Assembly (NCBI RefSeq): GCF_001194135.2
Contig: NC_068993.1
Location: 25,601,059-25,665,058, forward strand
Direction of reading: 5' to 3'
DNA from: Octopus bimaculoides
Taxonomy: Eukaryota
DNA: 64,000 nt
Part shown: positions 38,145 to 51,620 of the stretch, one piece after another
How the letters are laid out: the number at the start of each line of letters is the position of its first letter
Position numbering within the stretch: position 1 is the first letter of the stretch
Position numbers and translations under genes: made by a program
Notes under the pieces: model-generated
The model's input: only the letters and a program-made list of their open reading frames with translations
Database searches by the model: none
Told to the model about the DNA's origin: nothing

Positions 38145-38440
38145 CTAGTACTTATTCTATTGGCCTCTTTTGCCGAACTGCTAAGTTATGGGGAAGTAAA
38201 CACACTACCACCGGTTGTCAAGCAATGTTGGGGGGACAAACATAGACACAGAAACATATACACACACATACATATATATATATACATATATACGATGGGA
38301 TTCTTTCAGTTTCCATCAACCAAATCCACTTACAAGGCTTTGGTTGGCCTGAGGCTATAGTAGAAGACACTTGCCCAAGGTGCCACGCAGTTGAAATGAA
38401 CCCGGAACCTACTTACCACACAGCCACTCCTGTGCCTGTG
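38145..38440 (-). mobile_element. SINE (octopus OR-like), near full length
   Basis: Reverse complement of the family at 48032-48460: aaggctttggttggcctgaggctatagtagaagacacttgcccaaggtgccacgcag. Confidence 0.75.
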
Positions 38441-39249
38441 TGTGTGTGTGTTTATGTATGTATCTGTGCATATGCAGTGACATGGTATCTTTATTAACAT
38501 TGCTGGACAGATGCTTTATGCTGTCCTGCTCACTTGGTTGTTATGACGTCATCAATTTGACTAAAAGTTTTGCTGTCAGGAGTGACTCAAAAGCATGATC
38601 TTGTTCTCAGTTTCTCACTGAATGATTATTTTTCTCTTTGACATTTCATTAGTCGTTGTTCATAACTCACATCTTATATTAACTTGTTTGCACAGAAATA
38701 TTCAGATCAGATCCTAGAGCCACTTCCTTCAATTGAATAGGTATAATTGATAGGAAGTTTTGTCTATCTATAAGAAAAATCACACTACCTGGCTGAATCC
38801 ATGTGTCGGCGTCTCTCAACCATTCATACTCCATTTTTTCTCATTATTTTCATAATTTATGTCCAAGACACCATCACTCCAACACACACATGCTAATGAA
38901 AAAATAAACTTTCTCACAATGATTCAAACAGATTCTCAACATATAGGCACAGGTGTGGCTGTGCGGTAAGAAGTTTGCTTCCCAATGACATGGCTCAGGA
39001 TTCAGACACACTGCATAGCACATTGGTCAAGTGTCTTTTACCACAGCCTTGGACCAAACAAAATCTTCTGAATGGATTTGATAGAAACAGGCCCATCATA
39101 TATAATAATAATAATAATAATAAAAATATAGATAATATATATATATACAATAATATAAAATATATATATGCATATATATATATATATATATATACGTATT
39201 TGTACATACTTACATTTATATGTATATATATATATATATGCATATGTGG

Positions 39250-40200
39250 CCACAGAACGTCGCGAAACGCGTACAACAGAAAATACGAAATACGCATACA
39301 TGGAATATGAACTATTTTTTCAAACAACAAAAGACACAAATGGAAAACAAGACAAACAACACAAAGAACAACCCTTCGTCAGTTGTTGGCTGTTTTTCTA
39401 CTCTTGTATTTCGACCATTTAACAACAATATATGCTTTCGATAAAACAGTTGCCCCTGCAAAGCAAATGAAATAAAATTTGTCTCCTGTTCAAGCTTGAT
39501 TTACATATTCGCTACCACAATCTCATTTAGACTTAGCAGCCCTTCCTATTAGTTTTCACTGTCCTGTTTGTGTTACCAATTTTGACCCTCCGCAAAATAG
39601 ATGTAAGTATGTACATATACGTATATATATATGCATATATACCAGAGTAAGCACAAAAATGTGAAACAAGGTGGAAAAAAGAGTACTCAAATACCAGAGA
39701 TAGAGTAATATGCTTTATTTAAAAGCAGCAGAAATATAACAAAAGCTGTTACTCAGAGTTTCATGTTCTGACAAACTGGAACGTGAAACTCTGAGTAACA
39801 GCTTTTCTTATAATTCTGCTGTTTTTAAATAAAGTATATGCATATATATATTTATATTATTATATGATTGAATGCCACGCATCCTCTTCTAAGTAAGTTT
39901 TATCTTAATAATTCTGATGCGCATTCTACTATCTTTTTACTCTTTTGTTTTTTCTCTCTTTCTCTCTCTTATTCTTTTATCTCTTCTTCTCCTATTATTC
40001 TATCCTATTACTCTTTCGTTCTTTTCTTTCTTATACTTCTACCTCCTTTTCCCTCCTTCCTGTTTTTTCTTACTCATCCTATCTCTAAAGCGTATATTGT
40101 TGCTAAATGGTCAAAATACGAGAGTAAAAAACAACCAAAAACTGATGAAGGATCGTTCTTTGTGTTATTTATCTTGTTTTCCATTTGTATCTTTCATTGT
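39250..40200. mobile_element. Penelope-like LTR remnants in inverted orientation with an internal hairpin
   Basis: 39330-39440 is a diverged reverse complement of 40085-40200; separate ~60-bp-arm hairpin at 39708-39839; Penelope assignment is inference from the inverted-LTR arrangement and hammerhead-like motifs. Confidence 0.5.
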
Positions 40201-40244
40201 GAAAGCGAAATCACGATGGCACCTGTACTAGTGGAGCGCTAAGA

Positions 40245-40660
40245 GCACCGTCCAAGCGTGATCGTTACCAGAGCAGTTGTCTGGCTTCCATGCCAGTGGC
40301 ATGTAAATAACACCATTTGAGCACGATCATTACCAACATCGCCTTCCTGGCATGTGAAAAGACATTCAAGCGAGGTCGTTGCCAGTGCCGCTGGACTGGC
40401 TCCTGTGCAGGTGGCACGCAAAATACACCATCTTGAGCGTGGCCGTTGCCAGTACTGCCCGACTTGCCTTCGTACTGGTGGCATGTAAATGCACCCACTA
40501 CACTCTCGGAGTGGTTGGCGTTAGGAAGGGCATCCAGCTGTAGAAACTCTGCCAAATCAGATTGGAGCTTGGTGTAGCCATCTGGTTCACCAGTCCTCAG
40601 TCAAATCGTCCAACCCATGCTAGCATGGAAAGCGGACATTAAACAATGATGATGATGATA
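40245..40660 (+). mobile_element. RTE-type LINE 3' UTR with internal ~65-bp tandem units and (GAT)n tail
   Basis: Repeated gtggcatgtaaa..cacca...gttgccagt units, then cactctcggagtggttggcgttaggaagggcatccagctgtagaaactctgcc...gatgatgat. Confidence 0.8.
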
Positions 40661-41481
40661 TATATATATACATGTATGTATGTGTGTCTTTGTGTCTGTG
40701 TTTGTCCCCACTACTGCCACTTGACAACTGCTGTTGGTGTGCTTATATCCCTGTAACTTAGCAGTTTAGCAAAAAAGACTGATAGAATATGTACCAGGCT
40801 TAAAAAAAAATGAATAAGTACTAGGTTCAATTCATCCTCAAGCGGATGCCCCAGTATGGCCACTGTCTAATAACTGATACAAATAAAAGATAAAAAATAT
40901 TGTCTCCAGCATTTTTTTTTCCTTCAAAGAAGCAATTTTACCTGTGATCCTAATTTTTATTTAACTTTTGGAATTCTGTTTGTTTTACATTTTACTGCTG
41001 CTGTTCCTTATCTACCACAATTAACTGTTAAGATTTCTTATATTAAAAGATTCATCTTTATTTACATTACAATCGTCTGTGGTCATCTAATACACCCTTG
41101 CCATCATCATCATGATTATCATCACCATCATCATTGCTTTTATGTCTACTTCTTCTATGTGCCAGCATGGGTTGGATGACACACAGTGAGATATCATTTC
41201 ATGGCCTGGTGCCATTACTGTGGCCACCTTTTGCCTATTTCTTAAACAGAGTATTCCACTGGACTTCACACATCAAAACCAACCAAACAGCCAAAATCAC
41301 CATCACCGAAAGAGTGTCAATGTGACGACACACAGAAATAATATGGAAATAAACGCACATGCACATATAAATATACACATATGCATGTGTGTATGTGCAT
41401 GTGTGTATGTGCATGTGTATACATATATACATATATATACATGCATGTACATGTGCATAATACATACACACACATATATAC

Positions 41482-41512
<31 letters not shown>

Positions 41513-41775
41513 AGCATACAGATATATATGTATGCACGTATATATACATGTATGTGGTTCTAGTTCAATCTTCCTTCCTTTCTCACCTAATTATCTCCCC
41601 TATATAATTTTATTTCCAAATTTATTTCCAATGTTTAATTCAATAATTTAATGATGTATGCGCTTTTACCTCCAAATGGATTTTTATTATATTTTCTTGT
41701 CTTTCAAACTGAATAGCCTTTTGTGTCAAATATTGCTACATGCTTACATTTATACACAGACACGCACACGCACAC

Positions 41776-41811
<36 letters not shown>

Positions 41812-41967
41812 CACATACAATTTATACAAATACATGTATGCACATGCACATATGTGTATGTAATATGATAGAATATAATGCAATATAAATTGATATAATA
41901 TAATAATAAACATACACACACACTTACTCAAATAGTACATGTGTTTATTTTACATACACACACACAA

Positions 41968-42185
41968 TGATGGGGTGCTGAAAAGTTGCTGGCTTTAAGG
42001 ATATCATGAATGGTCTGGTTAGAAGCCTAACCTGATGAGTTCTTTGACAGGGCTTTGAAAAACTGAAGAACCACTGAAATAAGTATGTGAATCTGTGAGG
42101 AGTGTATTTTGCATAAATTTATAGTTAACTGATCCTCCTGTATTTTCTTTTACCCAAAGCAGGGAACATTTTGGCACCCCTTCAT
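41968..42185. mobile_element. Mariner-derived MITE, second copy
   Basis: atgatggggtgctgaaaagttgctggct...caaagcagggaacattttggcaccccttcata; homologous to 28101-28298. Confidence 0.7.
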
Positions 42186-42610
42186 ATGTGTATTCATATA
42201 AATACATAGATGTGTATAATCATTTTAACATTCACTTTTCTATTTATTCATGAGTCAGACAAGAATCATTGCGACAGATTTTCTACAAGCAGTTGTTGTT
42301 CTTCTTCTTGCCAACCCTCACTCTCCAAACAAGGTAACTTTTTCCCTTAGAATGGACATAAAAAGAATCAAACATTAATTGAAGAGTCACTCAATGGCTT
42401 AAGTGGAGTATCACATTTATTTTTTCCAGGAAAATGTTGACAGTGACTTTGAAGTTTCTCTAGTTGTTGGGTAGTGAGACTGTGCAATCATTGTCAATCT
42501 TTTCTTTGTAAATATCATCATTATCATTATCGCCATCATCATTTAATGTCCATGTTCTCTGCTGGTATGGGTTATGTATGTATGTGTGTACTTATGTATG
42601 CTTATGTGTT

Positions 42611-42690
<80 letters not shown>

Positions 42691-43107
42691 TAGATATAAA
42701 TAAATATTTTATTTGATTGCCAAAAATATTGCATTATAAATCAATGATGACAAATGGACATGTCTGGACTACTGATCAGTCAAAATATCACCATCAATTC
42801 CGCCAGCATCATCACCACTACCATCACTACCATCAGCATCATCAACATGTTCACAGTCCTTACAAGTAACACCAAGACTAGCCATAATGTTATTATCACC
42901 ATTTTTGCAATCATCTCTGCCATCATAATGCATGCCATCACCCCCATCATTACATCTAAATCCAACATTATTATTACCAGTGAGGTAACTTCTTTTATGT
43001 ATTTCTTTGAAATTGCATAATCTGCTCAAAATAACAACCACAGCTGGCACAATGAACTCCCTGCTCTCTTTAAAAGAGGGACTTGTTCTAAATATTAGAT
43101 TAATCTA

Positions 43108-43320
43108 AGGTGGTGAGCTGGCAGAACTGTTAGCATGCTGGGTGAAATACTTAGCAGCATTTTGTCCGTCTTCACGTTCTGCATTCAAATTCCATCATGG
43201 CTGACTTTGTCTTTCATCCTTTCAGGGTCAATAAAATTAGTACCAGTTGAACATTAGCATTGACGTAATCAGCTTAGCCCCTCCCCCAAAATTGTTGGCC
43301 TTGAGCCAAACTTTGTAATC
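43108..43320 (+). mobile_element. tRNA-derived SINE
   Basis: aaggtggtgagctggcagaactgttagcatgctgggtgaaatacttagc...cattcaaattcc...tttcatcctttcagggtcaataaaattagtaccagttg. Confidence 0.75.
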
Positions 43321-43417
43321 AATGTGTGTGTAAATATAAACAAACTAACATTTGTTTTTATTAGAAGCATCGAAATGTGTATTGTATGATACAAACAAGA
43401 AGATATGTTTTCAAATG

Positions 43418-43570
43418 CAGAATTGCTGATAGAACAGCAGAGATACTTGGTAAATTACCCTTACAAGGCAGAAAAATTTGTTGACAAACAGTCCTTACAA
43501 GTAACACCAATTTTTTACGCCTTGTTAGGGTAATTTATCTAGTATTTCTGCTGTTCAAATGGCAATTCTG
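43418..43570. mobile_element. Small hairpin MITE (~50-bp inverted arms)
   Basis: cagaattgc...gaacagcagagatacttggtaaattacccttacaaggc versus gccttgttagggtaatttatctagtatttctgctgttc...gcaattctg. Confidence 0.7.
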
Positions 43571-45099
43571 TGTTCAAAAAAATATCTTTGTCTTATTTGA
43601 AATCAATATTAGATTAGCCTATCTTATAATAAAGAAATGCCAACCAAATGGTACAGACTTGACTATAAGTTTAAAATGTACACTTCACAACCATACAGTT
43701 TGAATTTGATCCCACTGCATTGTATCTTGTGCAGATATCTTCTGCCATATCATCATCATCATCATCATCATCTCATTGGGGTTGGGCAACTTTCCCAGAC
43801 CAATGCAACCCTTGCATGCCAGATGTCACAATGAAGTGATATGATATGGGTTTTAGTCACATTGGTCTTTCTATAGCTGAAACATCTCATCTGTGCATGC
43901 CATAACTCAGGTCCATTGCCAGACTTTGGTGCCTGGAGGTGCCTCAGAATATTCTGGGTGGGCATTAATTTGTAATCATGCTAAAGTGGATTTTTGAAAT
44001 AAGTGTGTCACAGTAAATCCAGGTGTGCACCATTGAGTGGGAAAGTGCTGTCCAGTGCCCACCCTTAGCAACAGAAATGCTGTAACTACAGGTGGTAGCA
44101 GTGAACTGATTGATCTTGACCATTTAGAGTCCATTTTCTGTTCATCTGCTCAGCATCTAGTGATATTCACCATTGACTTAATAAGTTAATGAGCTAAATA
44201 GTTCATATCCACCATGTTGCACCTCATGGTTTCAATATACCTTTGCTTGTGGGGCATCCTATTTAACCCATAGCTGGGACTCCTGATAAATACTACTACT
44301 CCAAATAAGAGCAGACCTGGGAACAATAGGGGCTCAGAAGTGGTTCCATACACCTCAAAACTCTGGAGCTTCTAAACCAGGACTCCACTACCTGATGCAA
44401 TTTAAAGTCATACCTAGAACTTAGGTCATGACTTTGGCTTAACCAAGATCTTAACAGTAGAATTTGATAGACAGAAACTATTTTAAAGAATTCTTGTGTG
44501 TGTGTGTGTGTCTTTGTCTTTACCAGTAAACATTGATGAAGACTATAAACATTGGTGAGAAAACAAACACTATTGAGGCTCTCTTATTATAAGACATGCA
44601 GAGAATTACTGATTGGTCCATTGGAAATATGGAGCAAACAACACTTTATTTTTTTTATAATAACTGCATTCTGTTACCCTACTGCTAACATGCCTTAGGT
44701 GAATACATATTATGGATGAATTATTTTGCAGCCAGATATTAAACTTTACCTATTTTTTCAACAAGAGATTTTTCATTCTACTTGTCTTTGAAAGCACACA
44801 GAATCGTTTTGTTGGTAGAGAATGTCAATAGACATCATTGTTTGAAGCTGGAACAATTAGCATATTAGTCATTGACTAGTATTATCTCCCCACCACACAC
44901 ACACACACACATAATTATTTCTCATTAGCTATTTAATGCTTATTACAGTCAGCCATCACTCACAAGTGAATATAGCTTAGTAATGTATCCCATACTTTTT
45001 ACTAATTGTGTTAGGTGCCAACGTAGTCAAGAGCAGACATAGACACTTTCTCAACCACCTCACCCTTGATCCAACAACATATCAAGGATGTGACAGCTG

Positions 45100-45153
<54 letters not shown>

Positions 45154-46173
45154 TGCACCAACACCTGGGTGGCACTCATTATGGCTGAGTGGATGAGATT
45201 TAAGTACCTTGCTCAAGGACACAGTGTACTGCCCAGTCCAGGGATTAAACTCACAATTTTAAAATCATAAGCAAAACACCTAATCACTTGACCACACATC
45301 TTCACTACATTATGTATGGTAACACTAACTTGCCTATGTAATCTATGGGACATGACATATCAGCAGATGGAATTGAAAACCATTATAAATTATGTGTCAC
45401 TGTATGTATGTGAGTGGCAATGATTAATCAAGAAATGTGAGTCATTAGAGTGTTATTGAACAGCTAAAGTCTTGGTGGTTTCTGTCTTATGAGGCCTTTG
45501 TCAAAATCACTTTCAGTGACTCAGGCTACAAAGCTATAGATAGAAACCATTACAAGAGACAAGTTACTGCAGTAAGCAGCAAGATTTGAAGACTTTCTGC
45601 AAGAACTGAGTGTTATGTTAAGTTGCCAAGGAAAAGGTATCACAAAGCCATTAGTGAAGCATTTTCCCTTGACTCTTTAGATGATGAGAAAGTCTTCAGT
45701 GGTGCCCAACAACCTACCTGTTTCTAGTAACCAAAAGAACAACTGTAACCTTATATAACAGTAGGTTTATGATGAAGTTAAATGAACAGTACAATACAAT
45801 CCTGTAAGATGTGATCATGTGTGTATCAGGGTGTGTGATGTAGACAAGCGATAAGCAGACAAAATAACAGCAACAAAAGTATGAGATGTGGCAAAATACA
45901 AGTGAAGATTGATTGAAGCAAACAAGAGAATGTAGAGTGAAAGTCTGACAAAACAAAAGATGTAAAGAAATGTCAGGAAAAGATGCCGAATGAGGCTGGA
46001 TTTCAAACTGAACAATTGATGGAAAATATATAAAAGAATGATTGGAAATGGTGGAAATTTTTAGGTTTTGTTACTTCCAATATTAGAGACGAGTTTTATC
46101 AATAATATCAGCTTGTGGGTATTGATCTGAAATTGGTATGGAGTTATCTAATGGAGATTGTTGTAATTTTAAA

Positions 46174-46212
<39 letters not shown>

Positions 46213-46243
46213 TGTGTTTGTGTGTGTATGTGTGTGTGAGTGA

Positions 46244-46289
<46 letters not shown>

Positions 46290-47464
46290 ATGTGTGTGAG
46301 ACTAAATGAGATTTATTGTTAGTATACAAGGAATTATTGAAGTATATGTGTGAGTATGAGACAGAGAGAGAAAGTTAATATATGGGTGTCATTGAGTATA
46401 CATGTATGTCTGTCTGTATGTATGCACAATAGACATGTCATTGTGTGAAGGATTGTAAGTATAAATTGGTATACATAAGCAAGAATATATATGAATGAGA
46501 TGGAGGGAATGAGAGAGAAAGTTAGTGAAAATAAATGAATCAGAGAAAGAAAGGAGAAGTGAAGAAGTACCTAGTTTTATAGATCTAATGGTAGCTATAC
46601 ACAGTGAAAGTGATATAGATGATTGCACAAAAACACAAGCAGACATATAATCATGCACACACATGCCTGTGTATGGGCACAGGTGGAGGAGGAGGAGGAG
46701 AAGAAGCTGCTGTGGACAAAACACTTCTCAATAAATCCAACAGTTACTATTAGAGTTGAAATTTTGCTTTTAAAATTTTTATCTGAATTATTCACATAAA
46801 TTGATATTTTATATCACAGACCATTGCTTTAAAAAAAAAAATACACGTGTCCACCACACATTCTCCCTCTCCCTCCTCTCTCTCTCTCTCACACACATAC
46901 ACATACACAAACCAGCAGACTTATTAACACATGAACACAGAAGCACTATCTTATACACATGAATAAACATAACAGTTTCACAGTTACAGCAATCTGTTAG
47001 GGTGGCCATCAAAGAATCAATGGTTATTCATCTTTAACAAGAGGTCAGCCCTGATCAAGCAGCCCAACGATCTAATTTCTATCTGTATGGGTTTTTTTTT
47101 CAAATGCAATAAATATATCTAGGACTACACAGTCCAATGTTTTTTTTGTTTTTTTTTGTCAAAGCAATAGAATCTGAATTGAAAGGTATTTGACTGCCGT
47201 TTCTAGCAAGTCAAATGTCAGCATAGAAGTTCCCTTGTTGACTTTCCATTGACTTATCCGTGGTTTGTATAGTGATAATAATGTTCTACTAGCATTCACT
47301 GCCTCAATCCATCATGTTATAGACAAGTACCATGTGGAGGTACAATTAATATCTATAAGCAACGAGGAGAACTGTTTAACTGAACACTATCTTATTGACT
47401 GACAATACTGGTCAATGTTTCCATTGACCAGTGACAAGGAGATGGATGGGGACAAAATATTTAC

Positions 47465-47495
<31 letters not shown>

Positions 47496-48031
47496 TAGAA
47501 AAGTAATTGTTAACCTGGTTTGACAGTACCTCTTTGGAGCCTTGTGAACTTACAGGGCAGGGGGTAAATTATTAAGCGGGTGTTAAGTGGGGTTCTGAGT
47601 AGTTCACATTTTTACAACGCATCCTTGTCATAATTAGAATATGAGTCAGACATTGTATTATCAGTGAGCTGGAAACATTACTGATGAGAAGCTAAAGTCT
47701 ATAGAAATTTCATTAAGCAGTTTTGTTTAAAATTTAACTAGAGGTGTCCTAATCTAGGCAAGTATCTGAAAATCAAAATAAAAGGTACTTGCAGGAATAA
47801 CAAACCACTGCACAAAATTAGCTTTTGTTTAATTAAAATAATCTGCATTTTAGTGAGTGAGTGAGTGTTTGTGCACGAGCGTGTGTGCTTGCGTGCTCGT
47901 GCACATGCAAGAACATGCAAAAGGGGCATTTATGAAGGTTGGGGTGGAATTCAGCTACAAAAGATTAACAATCATTGCTTTAAAAGATTGCCAAATGAAA
48001 CAATGTAAGACCCACAATATTTATTATCCAA

Positions 48032-48217
48032 GGCACAGGCATGGCTGTGTGGTTAGTAGCTTACTTAATAACCACGTGGTTCTAGGTTCAGTTCCACTGT
48101 GTGGCACCTTGGGTAAGTGTCTTCTACTATAGCCTCGGGCTGACCAAAGCCTTGTGAGTGAATTTGGTAGACAGAAACTGAAAGAAGCCCATCGTATATA
48201 TGTGTGTGTGTGTGTTT

Positions 48218-48249
<32 letters not shown>

Positions 48250-48462
48250 NNNNNNNNNNNNNNNNNNNNNNNNNCCCCCCCCCCCAACATCGCTTGACAA
48301 CAGATGCTGGTGTGTTTATGTCCCCGTAACTTAGCGGTTCGGTAAAGAGACCGATAGAATGAGTACTAGGCTTACAAAGAATAAGTTCTGGGGTCGATTT
48401 GTTCAACTAAAGGCGGTGCTCTAGCATGGCCACAGTCAAATGACTGAAACAAATAAAAGAAT
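48032..48462 (+). mobile_element. Full-length SINE (octopus OR-like) with internal (TG)n and an N gap
   Basis: ggcacaggcatggctgtgtggttagtagcttacttaataaccacgtggttctaggttcagttccactg (A/B-box-like head)...gactgaaacaaataaaagaataaa. Confidence 0.8.
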
Positions 48463-48999
48463 AAATCTCTGAAATATTGGTTTCAAATTTTGGCACAAGG
48501 TCAATAATTTTGGGGGAGGGGTTAAGTCAATTCCATTGCCCCAGTGTTCAAATGCTACTTATTTTACTGAAAGGCAAAGTCAACCATGGCAGAATTTGAA
48601 CTCAGAATATAAAGACAGACAAAATGCTGCTAAGCTTTTTCTCAGCATGCTAATGATTCTGCCAGTTTGCTGTCATAAATCCCTGAAATAGTGAATCTCC
48701 CAAAGTGTAAGTAAACCCCTGCTAAGCTAGACCGTTCAATCCATAAATATTTAGATTTCCATGTATTATCAACCTTAATGCAGACAAATGTATAAATTGT
48801 GGGATGCATGTGTGTGGTATACAAATGTAGCCATGATCAAGGTAATCCTTCAGGCACAAAAGTTGTCAAGATGCTATTGCTGTAGGAAATCTCCTTCAAA
48901 AGATGCGATAAAATGAAAGATAAAGTGATCTGTACATTGTCCCTTGTAACCCAAACCTATCTATTTCAAAATATCTGCTGTTGCAGAAAACTAGTTGAG

Positions 49000-49260
49000 T
49001 GATCAGTGACTTGTATCTGTGTATTTGTAAGTTTGAACATAGATATAAGCAGATATTTGCTTGTATCTATGGTCAAACTATTAGACAACAATCTGAGTAA
49101 TCAGTGACACTGCTAGTGTCTGTGGTCAACAAAGCTGGTGACAACTAATTAAGTGGCCAGTGATACTGCTTTTGTCTGTAGTTAACAGAATTGGAGAGTT
49201 AGGTAAGTGGTCAAGGTGTTGCTTATTACGTTTATGGTCAAAGTACTTAATGAACAAGTC
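49000..49260. repeat. Degenerate ~55-60 bp tandem repeat
   Basis: Recurrent gagt(g/a)atcagtgac...tgtatct(a/g)tggtcaa units. Confidence 0.55.
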
Positions 49261-51009
49261 CATTAAGTTATTATTTTGATGTTAAGACCCGTCTCAGCTC
49301 TGATCAAAATGGCTAATGATTCCAGCAGTGACTACCCCATCTTATTATCAGAGGGAGTATGTCTGGGACTGCATTATTTTATATGCCCTTCCTTTTTAAG
49401 ATATTTGAATTTGAATTGAGGGATATTAACTACTATTTGTAACAAGTCGAATGCTAACATTCAGATTATCTTGTTGGCTTCATCAACTCTGAGGAAGTAA
49501 CTGTTGGTGGCTTTGAGAACTGGTGTTGTGAAAATGATGAATGATTTATTAGTTTTAGAATGCAGTTCCATTCTTCTCAAGGTAAAATCTATTACATGTT
49601 ATAGAACAAAATCCTAACCAGAGAAATATTTCTTTCTCCTTTATTTAATGTTACTAAACCTAGAGATCACTACCAGTACACTAAATCCTTATCATTCAGA
49701 AAAATAATTTAACATCTCTGTTAAATATGTTTACATACATCTACAGTAATTTAATTTAACAGTCTCTCTTTATATATTTTGTAGTGGTCAATTGATTTTT
49801 TTTACTGAATTAGTAATATCTTTTGACAGGAAGAAGTCTGCAGTCACCACATTACAAACATGAAGATTATAGTTCAAATATAAATTACATCAATACATAT
49901 AGGCCTTTATCTTCAAAACAATAGAAATTTATCAACCCAAACTAACAGAAACATATTCAATTAAAGACAATTCTGTCAATTTAGCAATGTCTATGTTCAG
50001 AGTTGAAAACTTCAGACAATGTGAAAGACTTCCAGGAATTATAGAAGAAATAAGTATATCATCCTTGTTGAACAAGTTACACTTTATGCTTTTCTTTATA
50101 CAATCCCCAAGAAATGAAGAATCTAACCTTTATATGTTTATCATCAGCTCTACAAGAAGGGAAGTAGATGAAATCTTAAATCAATTTTGCTTCCTCTTAG
50201 TAAACAAGAAGAGAGGAGGGTTCAGCACATAGTATTCCTCAGAAACAAAACACCATATCACTGGCACATGATAGCAAGATTTAAAAGAGAATTAAGACGG
50301 AAAGAATGGGTTAAATATGTAAAGAGGTGAAAGATGGGGAATTGAATTTTCATTTTATTTTAGTTATGAAATGTTATAAATTGTGAACGAGAAATAACTT
50401 TTGGGAGGAAATTATAAAAGTGGAAGATTGTGAACTGTATTGGGAGTGGACATTATTAGGAGAATGTGAGGAGAGAAGAATGGTTATAAATAGGGACTGA
50501 AATGGAGCCAACAAGTTTGAGGTAAAATGTAGAATTGATATCCCTTGTTGGAGTAAATGTCAAACAATACACATTTGGTTTTATAGATTCTGGTCACTGA
50601 GGACTTTGAGGGGAAAATATATAAACACACACGTGCAACAGACCAACACACATACACAATTAGATAAGCAGACAAATAGATATTGTTACACACAGATGAA
50701 ATGGATGTATATGTGTGTTTGTCAATGTTTATATATATATGAGAGATTAAAGAAGTATCAGAGACAAGTGATGGGACAAGCCAAGATGAAATGGAAAAAA
50801 TGACAAACAACCAGATAGATATGGATATACACTGCTAAATATGAATATAGTAGACTTAGGAAAAACTACATATATATATATATACACATATGCATGCATA
50901 CATGCAGATATATATACACTACATATATACACTGACACATGCATGTAGATGCATATGTGTGCACATATAGATATATATTTAATAGTAATCTATATTTTTG
51001 AGATGAGGA

Positions 51010-51620
51010 ATTATGTACATTATTCACAATGGATGAATAGGTGTCCTCACCTTGTTTGTTGTTACCACATCATTTCAGCTGATGTACTCTCCAGCCTTCA
51101 TCAGGTGTTCTGATGGAATTTTGAACCCAACCCTTTATTTGACTTATGGGGTACTCTGTTCTTATTTCAAAGGTATTCTTTTCTGCTTTTTTTTCCTGTT
51201 GACATTATTTTTCAAGTCCCTGCCTGGGATTGAACTAAGAATCTGAAGGTTTAGTAGCTCATAAGCAATTATAGAGTGAATTTTTGAACTTATAAATATA
51301 ATATTTTATCTTTTCTTAATACCAGTTCCCATATTACATTCATATCTGCATGAGGTCTGCTTAAGAGGTTATTGTGTCCTAGCATATGTGCTGCCTCTTT
51401 TCATTTTTGTATTTTCCAGTGGTGTTCACTGTGTATTATTTTAACTTAGGAATACCTTAGGAATGAGAACAGAGTACCCCCATTAGTCAAATAAAGGGCT
51501 GGGTTCGAAATTCCAGTAGAACACCTGATGAAGGCTGGAGAGTACATCAGCCAAAATATTGTGGTAATAACAAACAAGGTGAGGACACTGATCCATCCAC
51601 TGTAAATAATGTAGATATGT
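51010..51620. mobile_element. Inverted pair of Penelope-like LTR remnants
   Basis: 51010-51180 is a diverged reverse complement of 51448-51620; both contain CTGATGA-AGGCTG...CAGC(C/T)-(G/A)AAA. Confidence 0.55.

Noticed and set aside
38671-38767. Minus-strand candidate exon (ttcttatag...gtgagt)
   Set aside because: All frames hit a stop before the donor, and there are no Cys-rich or signal-peptide features.
44750-44847. Minus-strand segment with a good acceptor (tgctaattgttccag) and a donor (gtaaag)
   Set aside because: Stop codons in all three frames; could only be non-coding, and nothing else supports it.
48040-48110. tRNA-like A/B-box sequences (also in other SINE heads)
   Set aside because: They are SINE 5' heads without a complete cloverleaf, not tRNA genes.
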